Counted from the stretch's first letter, positions 37,432-47,306 are shown. The stretch: 64,000 nt of DNA from Oceanospirillales bacterium (GCA_018223185.1 JAAEYW010000023.1:7734-71733), one strand, 5' to 3'. A program made the numbers and translations. Notes: a model not told the origin generated them from the sequence alone.

Positions 37432-38496
37432 GTGAATCACCTTTTACTCTATTGTCGTCCGGGCTTCGAAAAAGAGTGCGCGGCCGAAGTGCGGGAGTTG
37501 TGTGAGCAACAGGGTATCTATGGTTATTGCAAACTGGAAGAAAACAGCGGTTATGCTTTGTTTGTCAGTCATCAGCCTGACGGTGCTTCTCTGGCGATTG
37601 AGACGTTGCGGTTTCATGACCTTATCTTTGTCCGCCAGTGGGTTGCATGTCTGCCATTGGTCGAGTCAGTTAATACTGAAGACCGGATAGGTTCGCTTAT
37701 CGGTCACGTGACCGGCTTGCCTGAGTGCAGTGAGTTATGGGTCGAGCCTGCAGATACCACAGACGGACGTGAGATGCAGCGATTCTGTAACAGCTTTGGT
37801 TCGGCTTTCAGTCAGGTTTTGCGGAAACAGGGGGTCTTACTTCGAAAGGCTGCTAACCGGCTGCATATTTTTGCCCTTTCAGGCAGCAGTTTCTATATCG
37901 GCTATGCGCCGGTTGCCAACTCTGCGCCGTGGCCAATGGGTATTATGCGGCTCAAATTTCCCAATCAGGCTCCTAGTCGCTCTACCCTGAAGCTGGAGGA
38001 AGCGTGGCACTGGTTTATTCCCGCGCAGCAATGGCATCAGTATGTCAGCAGTGGAAAGCGTGCAGTTGATCTGGGGGCTGCGCCGGGAGGCTGGACCTGG
38101 CAATTGGTGAATCAGAATATGTTTGTTACGGCGATTGATAATGGGCCGATGGCTGATTCGCTGATGGAGAGCGGGCAGGTTAAACACCTGACTGAAGATG
38201 CTTTCACTTATCAACCGCCTAAGCCGTGTGACTGGATGGTCTGCGATATCGTTGATAAACCTACCCGGGTTATAAAACTGATGACTCAGTGGCTTGTAGA
38301 AGGCTGGTGCCGTGAAACGATTTTTAATCTTAAATTGCCAATGAAGCAGCGCTACCCGGAAGTGAAAAGTTGTCTGGAGTATTTACAGCAGAGCCTGGAT
38401 AATGCTGGTATCGGTTACCGTATCGCGGCAAAGCATCTGTATCACGATCGGGAAGAGATCACGGTGCATGTGCGGCTGTCGGATCAGCGCAGTTAG
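37432..38496 (+). CDS. rlmM: 23S rRNA (cytidine2498-2'-O)-methyltransferase
   Basis: GTG 37432 gives MNHLLLYCRPGFEKECAAE..., matching the E. coli RlmM N-terminus as I recall it. SAM motif VDLGAAPGGWT. Confidence 0.85.
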   Translation: MNHLLLYCRPGFEKECAAEVRELCEQQGIYGYCKLEENSGYALFVSHQPDGASLAIETLRFHDLIFVRQWVACLPLVESVNTEDRIGSLIGHVTGLPECSELWVEPADTTDGREMQRFCNSFGSAFSQVLRKQGVLLRKAANRLHIFALSGSSFYIGYAPVANSAPWPMGIMRLKFPNQAPSRSTLKLEEAWHWFIPAQQWHQYVSSGKRAVDLGAAPGGWTWQLVNQNMFVTAIDNGPMADSLMESGQVKHLTEDAFTYQPPKPCDWMVCDIVDKPTRVIKLMTQWLVEGWCRETIFNLKLPMKQRYPEVKSCLEYLQQSLDNAGIGYRIAAKHLYHDREEITVHVRLSDQRS

Positions 38497-38570
38497 TATC
38501 ATGGTGCGGATATGCCGATCCCTCAGTCTATATTGTCTGAGGGGTGTGTCCGCCTGGTCTGCTCTTTCTG

Positions 38571-38852
38571 TCAGTGTTCCAGAATGGTGATCTTCTCTTC
38601 TGTTTCCAGCATCGGCATGATGGCTTCCATGATCTGCTTGCGTTCTTCAGACGCATGCCAGCGTTGCCAGTCCTGTATAGTACGGAATGTCGCCATCACT
38701 ACCCGGTGGTTAGGGTTATTACTGTTTTTTAGTGACTCTCCGGAGATAAAGCCATGAGCTTGCATCGCCATTTGCAATGTGTTGCGGGCGGCCTTCTCAT
38801 AGTGTTCAGCAAGATCGTCGGCAATATGGCGCTCTATAAGTACTCGAATCAT
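38571..38852 (-). CDS. antibiotic-biosynthesis-monooxygenase (ABM) fold protein
   Basis: 93 aa, ferredoxin-like pattern (MIRVLIERHI...FISGESL...VVMATFRTIQDWQRW). Confidence 0.6.
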   Translation of the reverse strand: MIRVLIERHIADDLAEHYEKAARNTLQMAMQAHGFISGESLKNSNNPNHRVVMATFRTIQDWQRWHASEERKQIMEAIMPMLETEEKITILEH

Positions 38853-39006
38853 CTTTGCTCTCCTTTAACTGAATAAAATTATTTTCATTTATTTCAATAT
38901 AATAGCACTGTTGAAGCAGGTAAAATGTTATCAGATAAAAAGATGGGTTTTTCTATACCTCTGAATTTGCGACAATATGTCTCCCGATGTAGTCGAGGTG
39001 GAGTAG

Positions 39007-39246
39007 ATGGTTGAAGTTAAAGCGGATCAGGTAATGGATGCAACCGGCCTGTTCTGTCCGGAACCGGTTATGCTGTTGCACAATAAAGTACGTGAAATGG
39101 CTATTGGTGAGGTGTTGCAGTTAACCGCAACCGACCCGTCAACTCAGCGTGATGTGCCAAAGTTTTGTACTTTTCTGGGGCATGAGCTAATTGACCAGAA
39201 AATAGAAGATGATTGTTTTTTTTACCTGATCCGCAAAGGGGAGTAG
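39007..39246 (+). CDS. tusA: sulfurtransferase TusA family protein
   Basis: 79 aa. Active-site CPxP motif (DATGLFCPEPVMLL). Confidence 0.85.
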   Translation: MVEVKADQVMDATGLFCPEPVMLLHNKVREMAIGEVLQLTATDPSTQRDVPKFCTFLGHELIDQKIEDDCFFYLIRKGE

Positions 39247-39327
39247 TTCTGCCTGCCCGGGTTCAGGGAGTGTATTTTTTAAACAGGTCCTGAGGGCCGT
39301 TATATAAATGGTTGAGAGAAACTTACT

Positions 39328-39777
39328 GTGACAGCAACAGATACTACGGATAAATCTAAATCCCGTACCCGTTCAAAAAACCGGGCCGCTAACCAGGCTG
39401 CTCTGCAGCTGCTGTGTGATGCTTATCCTGATGTTTTTAATCGGGAAAGTATGCGGCCATTGAAAATCGGGATTCAGGAAGATCTGATTGCTGATGAGAA
39501 GTTAGCGAAGAATAAGATTAAACGGGCGCTGGCGTCTTATGTGCGCTCTCCTTATTACTTCCGCAGTCTGAAGGAGGGTGCTGACCGGATAGGTCTGGAT
39601 GGTCAGCCTGCTGGCACAGTCACTGAATCCGAAGCTGAGCATGCAAAACAGCAGCTGAAAGAGATTAATAAGCTGCGTCTGCAGAAGCAGCAGGAAGATA
39701 AAGCTAAGCAGAAGGTTAAGGAGAAGGAAGATCGCCTTAACAACAAGCTTGAGATGCTGTTAACCAAACGCGGTTAA
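39328..39777 (+). CDS. ProQ/FinO-domain RNA-binding protein with a Lys/Glu-rich tail
   Basis: GTG start. ...LLCDAYPDVFNRESMRPLKIGIQEDL...ALASYVRSPYYFRSL is typical of the FinO/ProQ N-terminal domain. Confidence 0.7.
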   Translation: MTATDTTDKSKSRTRSKNRAANQAALQLLCDAYPDVFNRESMRPLKIGIQEDLIADEKLAKNKIKRALASYVRSPYYFRSLKEGADRIGLDGQPAGTVTESEAEHAKQQLKEINKLRLQKQQEDKAKQKVKEKEDRLNNKLEMLLTKRG

Positions 39778-39794
39778 CATATTTCAGAATTTAT

Positions 39795-39824
39795 AAAAAA
39801 ACCGCCATTTGGCGGTTTTTTTTT
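39795..39824. terminator. bidirectional Rho-independent terminator
   Basis: aaaaaaaccgccatttggcggttttttttt between convergent proQ-like and lapD. Confidence 0.85.
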
Positions 39825-39853
39825 GTGCTGATCAGTAGAGTTCAGGGAGGGCT

Positions 39854-41788
39854 TCATAACTGCTCGGGTTTTCCGTAAACCCAGCCCTGCGCCCCGTCGA
39901 CTTCGAGCTGGCGCAGTGCGCTCAGTTGAGTGTCCCGCTCCACATGTTCTGCATAGGCTTTAATATCCAGGCTGTGGGCTACGGTAACCAGGCTTCTGAC
40001 AAAGAACCGGTCTTCTGCGCAGTTGTCCAGTTCCCGGATGAGTGAACCGTCGATCTTAATATAATCAGGATGGACGGTATAAAGATAACTGAAACCGGCA
40101 GGGTTGATGCCGAAGTTATCAACACCAAAGCGGACACCTGCTTGTTTTAACTGGTCGCGGAACAGCGTTACCTGGTTGAGGTTATTCAGTACAGATGTTT
40201 CGTTGATTTCGATGCTCAGTTGTTCTGGCCGGGGCAGGGTGGTTGCTGTGCTGATCAGCCAGTCGCAAAACGCCGAATCCCGGACAGATTCATTACTCAG
40301 ATTTACACCGAGAGTTAAACCAGACTCTTGTGCCAGGCGCTTGATAGCAAAATTAAGCACCGATTTGTCGAGTGCGGTCATGAGATTCAACTGTTTTACT
40401 ACGCTGATAAATTCTCCGGCCATACAGGGCAGGTTGTCCTGGTTAAGAATGCGGGCGTAAATCTCGTTATGGATAATGTCCAGGTTGTCTGAAATGTGTT
40501 TAACCGGTTGGGCCTGGAGGAATATATCTCCGCTGACAATCCTGTTGCTGACATGCTGATGCCAGCTGTTTTTCTCAACGGTGTTGCCTGTGTTGTTGTA
40601 ATGTATGGGAGTATTGTCCAGGCGGGCTTTCTCGTTCGCCTGCCGGGCGTTGACGAGCAGCTCTTTGGAGCTGCTTTCCTTAGTATGTGCGGCAACGCCG
40701 ATGAAGGCGGGGGCGTGTTCAGCACTGCTGCTGAGTTGCTGGTAGACTTTTGTAAGGCTGGTAACCAGTTTATCTAACTCTTTTTCCAGCTGATCAGAAT
40801 TAGTGATGTCCGTGAGCAGGATGAACTCTGAAATGCTGATGCGGCCGATAACGGGATTTTCGGTTAATCGGGCCAGTTCATTCAGCTGGCTGGCGCAGGC
40901 ACGAATAAAGTTATTTGCTTTTTCGATCCCCAATTGGCTATTGAGTTGTTGCAGATCGGCCAGTTGAAGGAGTATCAGGTGGCCATGGCCGAAATCTCTG
41001 CGGTAATCAATGCGTTCGTTTAATTGTGAGAAGGTTGCCCGCTGATTGGCCAGTCCTGTCAGGTCATCCTGATATGCGGTGCGGCGAATCTCTTCAATAT
41101 TTTTCGCCTGCTCGTCAAACATAGTGCGTACCCGGCGTACCATCATATTCATTGCCAATACCACCTGCTTCAGTTCACGGGTTCCGGGTATCAGGCTCTG
41201 CTCAATATATTTTTGCCGGGACAGGGCCTGCGCCTGCTCTTCGACCCCTTTCAGTGGATTAAGTATGTAGCGCATCAGCAGGCTTATAAATACCATGCTT
41301 ACGAGGGAGAGAACCACAAACCAGACAAAGGTTTGTTCCGTACCCCGCCACAGCTGTTCATAAGCATAGCCTGCACGACTCTGAACAAAAATTGAACCGG
41401 CTTTCTGCCACTGGTTAGTAATCTCCCGTGTCATTTCGGGTGGGGTAATCTCGACCAGGTGGATAAACCAATCGGGTACGCTGTCACTGATCTGAGCATT
41501 GGTGCTTTTAACGAATAATGGTGTGTTTTCAGCGTCCACCACCCGGATCTGTTGATAGAAACCGCTGTCAAATATTGCATTAACGGTCGTTTCGATTGCG
41601 GCAGTATCCCGGGCTGCCATATAAGGAGCCAGATAGAGGCCCAGGTGGGTCGCGGTATCCTGACCATGAGACTCGAGCTGATGGATAAGCATCTCCTTGG
41701 AACTATCTGACATCAGATATACCGTGCCGGAAGCCAATCCGATCAGTACGGCTAACACTGCGGCCATTAACTGATTAACGATAGACAT
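39854..41788 (-). CDS. lapD: LapD-type inner-membrane c-di-GMP receptor (LapD/MoxY periplasmic domain, HAMP, degenerate GGDEF, degenerate EAL)
   Basis: N-terminus aligns by eye with P. fluorescens LapD (QLESHGQDTATHLGLYL..., IFDSGFYQQIRVVD, periplasmic W in TNQWQK). GGDEF is replaced by RISISEF. EAL-domain core retained (SIEINETS, GVRFGVDNFG). Confidence 0.8.
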   Translation of the reverse strand: MSIVNQLMAAVLAVLIGLASGTVYLMSDSSKEMLIHQLESHGQDTATHLGLYLAPYMAARDTAAIETTVNAIFDSGFYQQIRVVDAENTPLFVKSTNAQISDSVPDWFIHLVEITPPEMTREITNQWQKAGSIFVQSRAGYAYEQLWRGTEQTFVWFVVLSLVSMVFISLLMRYILNPLKGVEEQAQALSRQKYIEQSLIPGTRELKQVVLAMNMMVRRVRTMFDEQAKNIEEIRRTAYQDDLTGLANQRATFSQLNERIDYRRDFGHGHLILLQLADLQQLNSQLGIEKANNFIRACASQLNELARLTENPVIGRISISEFILLTDITNSDQLEKELDKLVTSLTKVYQQLSSSAEHAPAFIGVAAHTKESSSKELLVNARQANEKARLDNTPIHYNNTGNTVEKNSWHQHVSNRIVSGDIFLQAQPVKHISDNLDIIHNEIYARILNQDNLPCMAGEFISVVKQLNLMTALDKSVLNFAIKRLAQESGLTLGVNLSNESVRDSAFCDWLISTATTLPRPEQLSIEINETSVLNNLNQVTLFRDQLKQAGVRFGVDNFGINPAGFSYLYTVHPDYIKIDGSLIRELDNCAEDRFFVRSLVTVAHSLDIKAYAEHVERDTQLSALRQLEVDGAQGWVYGKPEQL

Positions 41789-41818
41789 TTTCGATTCCTC
41801 ATCTGCTCATTTATCAGG

Positions 41819-42526
41819 TTAGTAATCCTGATTTTCCATTCGTGATTGTAGTTGTACCCAGGGCTTCAGCTGATCAGAGGTGCCGACCAGTGTACTGCGG
41901 CGGCCTTTTTTTGACAGCCACAGGTTGTCACCATTAAAGCTGTAAACGTGTTGCAGGTCTGGTCGACGGTTTGCTGGTTTTATCTCGGGTATCAGGTTGT
42001 CCAGTATCAGTGGTGTTGATTTTGGCGTGGCATAGTAGGTTAACACCATATGCGCCTGATTCAGCCTGAGGGCTTTAACATAGGCGATGCTGAGTTTTTC
42101 TATCGGAATACCAACCTGGCGCAGGGTGTAGTATTTAGCGATAGAGAAGTCTTCGCAATCGCCACCGTTAGTGATCAGAAACTCTACAGGGCTGGCCCAG
42201 TAATCTTTTTTGTGCCAGTGATCAATATCATCGACAAAGTTCATCTGGTTAAAAAATTGGTTAACCCGGGTAAGTTTTTCATCGTCATCGAGATTTTCAA
42301 TCTCTTTAATCAGGTTTTGCCAGCTGTGCAGTCTTCGTTCAGCCATCTCCCCATACTTTTGTCCCAGTTTGCTGATTTGGGCTTCAGACATTAAAACACT
42401 GAATTCGGGAGCTGCGGTGAGGGTATACGCCAGCGATATCAGAATCAGGCCCGTAACAATACTCAGGCTATTGATAAAATGGCCTGCAAGCGAGTGTCGG
42501 GGTCTGTAAAATGAGTCTCTGGACAC
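41819..42526 (-). CDS. lapG: LapG-type periplasmic transglutaminase-like cysteine protease (BTLCP)
   Basis: Catalytic Cys context NGGDCEDFSIAKYY, His in AHMVLTYY, Asp in ILDNL. Signal anchor. 30 nt upstream of lapD. Confidence 0.8.
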   Translation of the reverse strand: MSRDSFYRPRHSLAGHFINSLSIVTGLILISLAYTLTAAPEFSVLMSEAQISKLGQKYGEMAERRLHSWQNLIKEIENLDDDEKLTRVNQFFNQMNFVDDIDHWHKKDYWASPVEFLITNGGDCEDFSIAKYYTLRQVGIPIEKLSIAYVKALRLNQAHMVLTYYATPKSTPLILDNLIPEIKPANRRPDLQHVYSFNGDNLWLSKKGRRSTLVGTSDQLKPWVQLQSRMENQDY

Positions 42527-42619
42527 AGTTAACCGCTGAAAAATAAAGGTAACTTTATTGTTTCACAGAGCGACTGGCAACACCTCTGTTAGCTACTCAA
42601 AATGGTGTTAGCTGAGTGA

Positions 42620-43702
42620 TCATGTACCGGGCATCAGGTTGCACTGGCTGAGGAGTTGCTGCCACGCGTTAGTGTGACGCTCTCGCGCTGAAGTGTAGTT
42701 CTGCCACAGAGGGGCATCAGGATTGATTATCTGGTGCTGATAACGCTGCATTGCAGCGGGGATATAGTTAAAGTTCTGCAGCAGTCGATGGTTCAGCTGC
42801 AGCCATTCACGGCCTTCACGGTCTACCCTGGCCATGTAGGGCTGTAGTTCCCCCGCATAGTATTTGTTAAAAACGTTTTTCACGATCAGTGCTTGTGGTG
42901 TCGCTTTGTTATTGAAGCACAGTGGTCGTTGTTTGAGTCTCTGCTCAATTACTGAGGCCGTGTGATCCAGCGTGTAGGTGATCAGATAGATGGACCGCAG
43001 CCAGCGACTACCAAAACGGAGAGTAGACAGGGCCTGATAGTGGGGTTCCAGCTGATCAAGATAGTCCGGCTCAGACCATCCGGGCTGAGGTAGGGTGAGA
43101 TCATTATTCAGGGCGGCAAGCCGGTTGAAAATGAGCAGGGCCTGGCGGCTCTGGCTGAAGCCATCATCGCCGGTCAGTGAAAGCGGAGGTTCTGAAAGTG
43201 AAAAGTTTCGTTCCATCGCTTCGCTGGTAAATAGTCCATTCCAGAGCGCGGCTTCAAAGTTGATTTTTTTAATCTGGAAAATTTCCTCAACCTGTCGCAA
43301 CAACTGAGGGTCTGTCTCTGTCTGAGGCATCCTGAGTGATTGCCGGCAACTGCCCAGGCGAAAAATCAGCCGTATCTCATACACCAGCTGTCGCGAAGGA
43401 GGCATTACTTTGCCCAGTGAGCTGTTGCGCTCAGCGATCAGGTTGATGAGATGGCAATGACGCAGGTTGAGAACTTCAATTAATCCCTGACGCAGGTCAG
43501 TCACAGGTTGTATGCGTTCCCGGCGGCGGGGGTAGGCGGGGAGCTGAAGCTGAATATCAAGACTCAGTTCGGCGTCACTGTCCAGGCTGTTAGCGACCCG
43601 GTTGCTATATCGCTCCAGCATTGATTCAGCGGGGCGCGGGTCGCAGCCCTGCAGCAATGCAATGGCGATCAGGATTATCAGGAACCGACAGGTATAGTGC
43701 AT
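42620..43702 (-). CDS. lipoprotein of unknown function (DUF3080-like by recollection)
   Basis: Signal peptide plus lipobox-like ALLQGC. 360 aa. Start overlaps the MATE gene stop by 25 nt. Confidence 0.55.
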   Translation of the reverse strand: MHYTCRFLIILIAIALLQGCDPRPAESMLERYSNRVANSLDSDAELSLDIQLQLPAYPRRRERIQPVTDLRQGLIEVLNLRHCHLINLIAERNSSLGKVMPPSRQLVYEIRLIFRLGSCRQSLRMPQTETDPQLLRQVEEIFQIKKINFEAALWNGLFTSEAMERNFSLSEPPLSLTGDDGFSQSRQALLIFNRLAALNNDLTLPQPGWSEPDYLDQLEPHYQALSTLRFGSRWLRSIYLITYTLDHTASVIEQRLKQRPLCFNNKATPQALIVKNVFNKYYAGELQPYMARVDREGREWLQLNHRLLQNFNYIPAAMQRYQHQIINPDAPLWQNYTSARERHTNAWQQLLSQCNLMPGT

Positions 43703-45045
43703 TTTGATTTAATGGTCAGGTAACGCAGTAATAACAGTATAGCGCCCACTGAGAGTCCGGCGATCATTCCCAGCCAGAATCCCCGGGCGCCGGTTGCGGG
43801 GACGATGATATCGGTGAGGCCCAGCGCATAACCTAAAGGCAGGCCAATCAGCCAGTAGGCAGTGAATACGATCATTAGCGGCACGGCGGTATCTTTGTGT
43901 CCTCTTAATATGCCTGCACTGGCGACCTGGATCGCATCGGGTATCTGAAAAATAGCTGCAATCAGCAACAGACTGCTGGCGAGCTGAATTATAGTGCTGT
44001 CGCCACTGTACAGCGATGCTATCTGTACGGATAGTATAGCGATCAGAGAGCAGGAGATAATCGAGGTAATACCGACAATGGCGTAACCGTTGCGGGCAGT
44101 GATACGTGCGCTGACAAGGTCTCTGCGTCCGATAAACTGCCCGATCCGGATGGTGAGTGCCATTGATATGCTCAGGGGGATCATGAATAGCATGCCGGTA
44201 AAGCTCAGGGTTATCTGGTGGGCGGCAATGACGTTTTCCCCGAGTCGGGCAATCAGCAGGGCGATAACTGTAAACATGCTGACTTCGATCAGTAGGGTGA
44301 AGCCGATAGGTACGCCAATTTTCAGAATGGTAAAGAAGTACTTTGCTCTGGGTCTTGGCAGGGTGATCAGAAACAGGCTGCGAAAGTGGCGTGAGTAGTG
44401 AAGATAGCAGCCTGTTGTTAGTGCCATAATCCACATCACTATGGTTGTGGCCCAGCCGCAACCAACGCCTCCCAGCTCAGGAAAGCCCAGTTTGCCGTAG
44501 ATTAGCAGATAGTTAAGCGGGATGTTGCAGAGCAGGGCGAACAGGGCTATTTTCATCAGCGGCTGGGTTTTACCCAGCCCTTCTGAATAGCTGCGGGCTC
44601 CCTGATAAAGCATCATGCCTGGTATACCCCAGGAAAGCGCATCCAGATAACTCAGGGTTTTGTCTTTCAGGCTGCCTGTCACCTGCATCAGGTCAAGCAC
44701 CGGGGCCATGTTTCGCAGTATCAGCCAGGCTGCCGCACCCGCCAGGAGGGCAATCAGTATTCCCTGGTGAAATATCAGACGGGTTCTGCGTAACTGATCG
44801 CTGCCGGCATGATTTGCTACCATGGGTGTGGTTGCCATAAGCAGCCCGCCCAGAGAGATAACCACGGGCAGCCAGATGCCTGATCCGAGCGCAACAGCAG
44901 CGAGGTCTTCGGCGCCATACCGCGCAGCCATTAGCGTATCAGTAAATCCCATTGCTGCTTGTGAAAGTTCAGCAATCAGGATTGGAATAGCCAGGGCCAG
45001 AATGTGACGGCTCTCCTTGAGAGAGAGCGCTGAATGTGGTTTCAA
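43678..45045 (-). CDS. MATE-family efflux transporter (NorM-like)
   Basis: 455 aa, 12 TM, TTG start. ILALAIPILIAELSQAAMGFTDTLMA N-terminal MATE signature. Confidence 0.85.
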   Translation of the reverse strand: MKPHSALSLKESRHILALAIPILIAELSQAAMGFTDTLMAARYGAEDLAAVALGSGIWLPVVISLGGLLMATTPMVANHAGSDQLRRTRLIFHQGILIALLAGAAAWLILRNMAPVLDLMQVTGSLKDKTLSYLDALSWGIPGMMLYQGARSYSEGLGKTQPLMKIALFALLCNIPLNYLLIYGKLGFPELGGVGCGWATTIVMWIMALTTGCYLHYSRHFRSLFLITLPRPRAKYFFTILKIGVPIGFTLLIEVSMFTVIALLIARLGENVIAAHQITLSFTGMLFMIPLSISMALTIRIGQFIGRRDLVSARITARNGYAIVGITSIISCSLIAILSVQIASLYSGDSTIIQLASSLLLIAAIFQIPDAIQVASAGILRGHKDTAVPLMIVFTAYWLIGLPLGYALGLTDIIVPATGARGFWLGMIAGLSVGAILLLLRYLTIKSKCTIPVGS

Positions 45046-45079
45046 TGGATGTCAGATCACAGGTCAGAGAAGCAGGAAT

Positions 45080-45106
45080 AAAAAAACCGGGGCACAGGCC
45101 CCGGCT
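45080..45106 (-). terminator. Rho-independent terminator after phaC
   Basis: Minus strand: gccggggcctgtgccccggc stem followed by TTTTTTT. Confidence 0.8.
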
Positions 45107-45127
45107 TATTATGGATGGTGACAGAAA

Positions 45128-46870
45128 TTAGTCAACGCGACTGGCTACATAACGTCCTGGAGCCGGTTCGATGACTTTAAATTCTGCATTGCCAGCCTCT
45201 TTGGGTGCGTCAACTTTCTTACCTGACTTAGGCTTCAGCCATTTATTCCAGTTTGGCCACCAGCTGCCTTCCTGTCGCTCTGCGGTTTCCAGCCAGTGAT
45301 CAGGACCCTGTCCCAGTTCTCCGCCGGTCCAGTAGTTACGACGGTTCTTGGATGCCGGGTTGATGACACCGGCAACATGTCCGCTGGCGCCCAGTACGAA
45401 CTCAATCTTACCCTGCATCATCTCAGTACCTTTAAAGGTGCCTTTCCAGGGAGCGATGTGATCTTCAATGGTGGAGAGGAAATAAACCGGAATCTTGATA
45501 TCACGAAGGTCGATCGATTCGCCGCAAATCGTCAGACCACCTGGCTGAGCCAGTTTATTGTTGATATACATCTCGTTGATATAGAAGTTGTACATCTTAG
45601 CCGGCAGGTTGGTAGAGTCTGAGTTCCAGTAAAGGATGTCGAATGGTGCCGGATTCTGACCTTTCAGGTAGTTGTTGACAACATATGACCAGACCAGATC
45701 GTTAGAGCGAAGCATATTGAATGCTGTTGCCAGATTACGTCCGTTCAGCAGGCCTTCGTCATCGACTTTCTGAGTCAGCTGTTTTACCTGCTGTTCATCA
45801 ATGAACACGCTCAGATCACCCGGATCGGTAAAGTCAGTCAGTGTAGTCAGGAAGGTAGCTGAGGCAACAGATTCATCTTTACGTTTCGCCATAACCGCCA
45901 GCGTAGATGCCAGAATAGTACCGCCGATGCACCATGAAACGCAGTTAATCTTATCCTGATCAGTAATTTTCTTCACTGCGTCAATTGCTTTCAGGGTACC
46001 GTTTTCGACATAGTCATCCCAGGCCAGACCGCGCTGTTCTACGGTTGGGTTAACCCAGGAGACAAGGAATACGGTCAGGCCCTGATCAACACAGTACTTA
46101 ACGTAGGAGTTATGTTCCTGCAGATCCAGAATGTAAAATTTGTTGATGCAGGGTGGGACGATCAGTGTCGGACGGCTGTATACCTGTTCTGTGGAAGGCT
46201 TATATTGAATAAGCTGTAGCATCTCGTTTTCGAAAACAACAGCTCCTTCTGATGTCGCAATGTTTTCTCCCAGAGAGAATGCGGTCTCATCAGTCATGGT
46301 GATGCGGCCTTTTTCCACATCTCCCAGCAGGTTCTGCAGGCCATCGACTAGGCTTTGGCCCTTAGTTTCCAGTGCCTGTTGCAGAACTTCAGGATTGGTC
46401 AGCGCAAAGTTTGTAGGTGACATTGCATCCGTATATTGCTGCGTGTAAAACTCGAGTTTTTTCTGTTCAATATCACTCAGTTTGGCGTTTGCAGCCATGT
46501 CATTAAGCAGGTTGGACGTCAGCAGGTAGGATTGCTTAATGTAGGAAAATACCGGGTTCTGGCTCCACTCTTCAGCCGCAAAGCGGCGGTCGCCTTTGTG
46601 CGGTTCAGCAACAGGTTTGTCGACTGCTTTTCCGGTCAGGATGTTCTGCCACAGGTTGATCTGTGCCTGTTGGTAGTCGGTAATAGCCCGCACCCATACA
46701 GAAGGGTCTTCGAAAGAGCGGGCTGCCAGCTCTGTCCAGGACTGCGTGAACTGCTTGAACAGATCATCACTGTTACCCTGAGAATAGAGATCCAGAACTT
46801 TCTTGCTTTCCTGATTCAGATAATTAATAAATTCTTGCGGGTTGGAGAGGATATTGCTGTTATTTTCCAT
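45128..46870 (-). CDS. phaC: class I poly(3-hydroxyalkanoate) synthase
   Basis: ATG 46870 (MENNSNIL...) is preceded by AGAAAGAAGG, so the 50-aa track extension is unlikely. Lipase-box-like VSWCIGGT. About 580 aa. Confidence 0.85.
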   Translation of the reverse strand: MENNSNILSNPQEFINYLNQESKKVLDLYSQGNSDDLFKQFTQSWTELAARSFEDPSVWVRAITDYQQAQINLWQNILTGKAVDKPVAEPHKGDRRFAAEEWSQNPVFSYIKQSYLLTSNLLNDMAANAKLSDIEQKKLEFYTQQYTDAMSPTNFALTNPEVLQQALETKGQSLVDGLQNLLGDVEKGRITMTDETAFSLGENIATSEGAVVFENEMLQLIQYKPSTEQVYSRPTLIVPPCINKFYILDLQEHNSYVKYCVDQGLTVFLVSWVNPTVEQRGLAWDDYVENGTLKAIDAVKKITDQDKINCVSWCIGGTILASTLAVMAKRKDESVASATFLTTLTDFTDPGDLSVFIDEQQVKQLTQKVDDEGLLNGRNLATAFNMLRSNDLVWSYVVNNYLKGQNPAPFDILYWNSDSTNLPAKMYNFYINEMYINNKLAQPGGLTICGESIDLRDIKIPVYFLSTIEDHIAPWKGTFKGTEMMQGKIEFVLGASGHVAGVINPASKNRRNYWTGGELGQGPDHWLETAERQEGSWWPNWNKWLKPKSGKKVDAPKEAGNAEFKVIEPAPGRYVASRVD

Positions 46871-47306
46871 AAAACTGCCTTCTTTCTGAAGCCTGCCTTG
46901 AGTATGCGGTGCAAACTTCTCTGGTGAGCTGCCGCGAGTGGATAACTGGCTAAAATTGTATAGCTGTCTGATTGGCCGACCGGTTATGCGAAGTGTTGTA
47001 ATGAGTCGGCTATTATTCAAACAGAGTCCCTGAGCATAGACAACTTGATGCGGCGCAGCAAGCCTCTATTGCACTACTTTAGTCAGATTGTTGGGGTTAT
47101 TTGTGCCTGTTTTCTGAAAATGTATCACCGATATGTTGCAGTATTTTGTAATGTGCTGAAAAAAAATCCGGTCAGGCTTCTGCTTCGGACGCAGTGCTAA
47201 GTGACAGGGAGGCAGTTTCTCTCCATAAATATGCATTCGTATACTGTATAATTGGTAAAAATATTGGTTCAGAATGTTTGGTCAGGCAAGGAGATAGGGA
47301 GTCTGT

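Noticed and set aside
46871-47020. N-terminal extensions offered by the ORF track: phaC (+50 aa), topA (54768), uup (50620), GGDEF 16836-17966 (+39 aa), DUF6586-like (57391, overlapping topA), rlmM (37417), ccoG (33139), uspE-like (13249), and the small membrane protein (1420).
   Set aside because: In each case an internal ATG or GTG has a proper Shine-Dalgarno sequence at 5-9 nt and yields the N-terminus typical of the family. The extensions are non-conserved-looking and often overlap the upstream gene or terminator.
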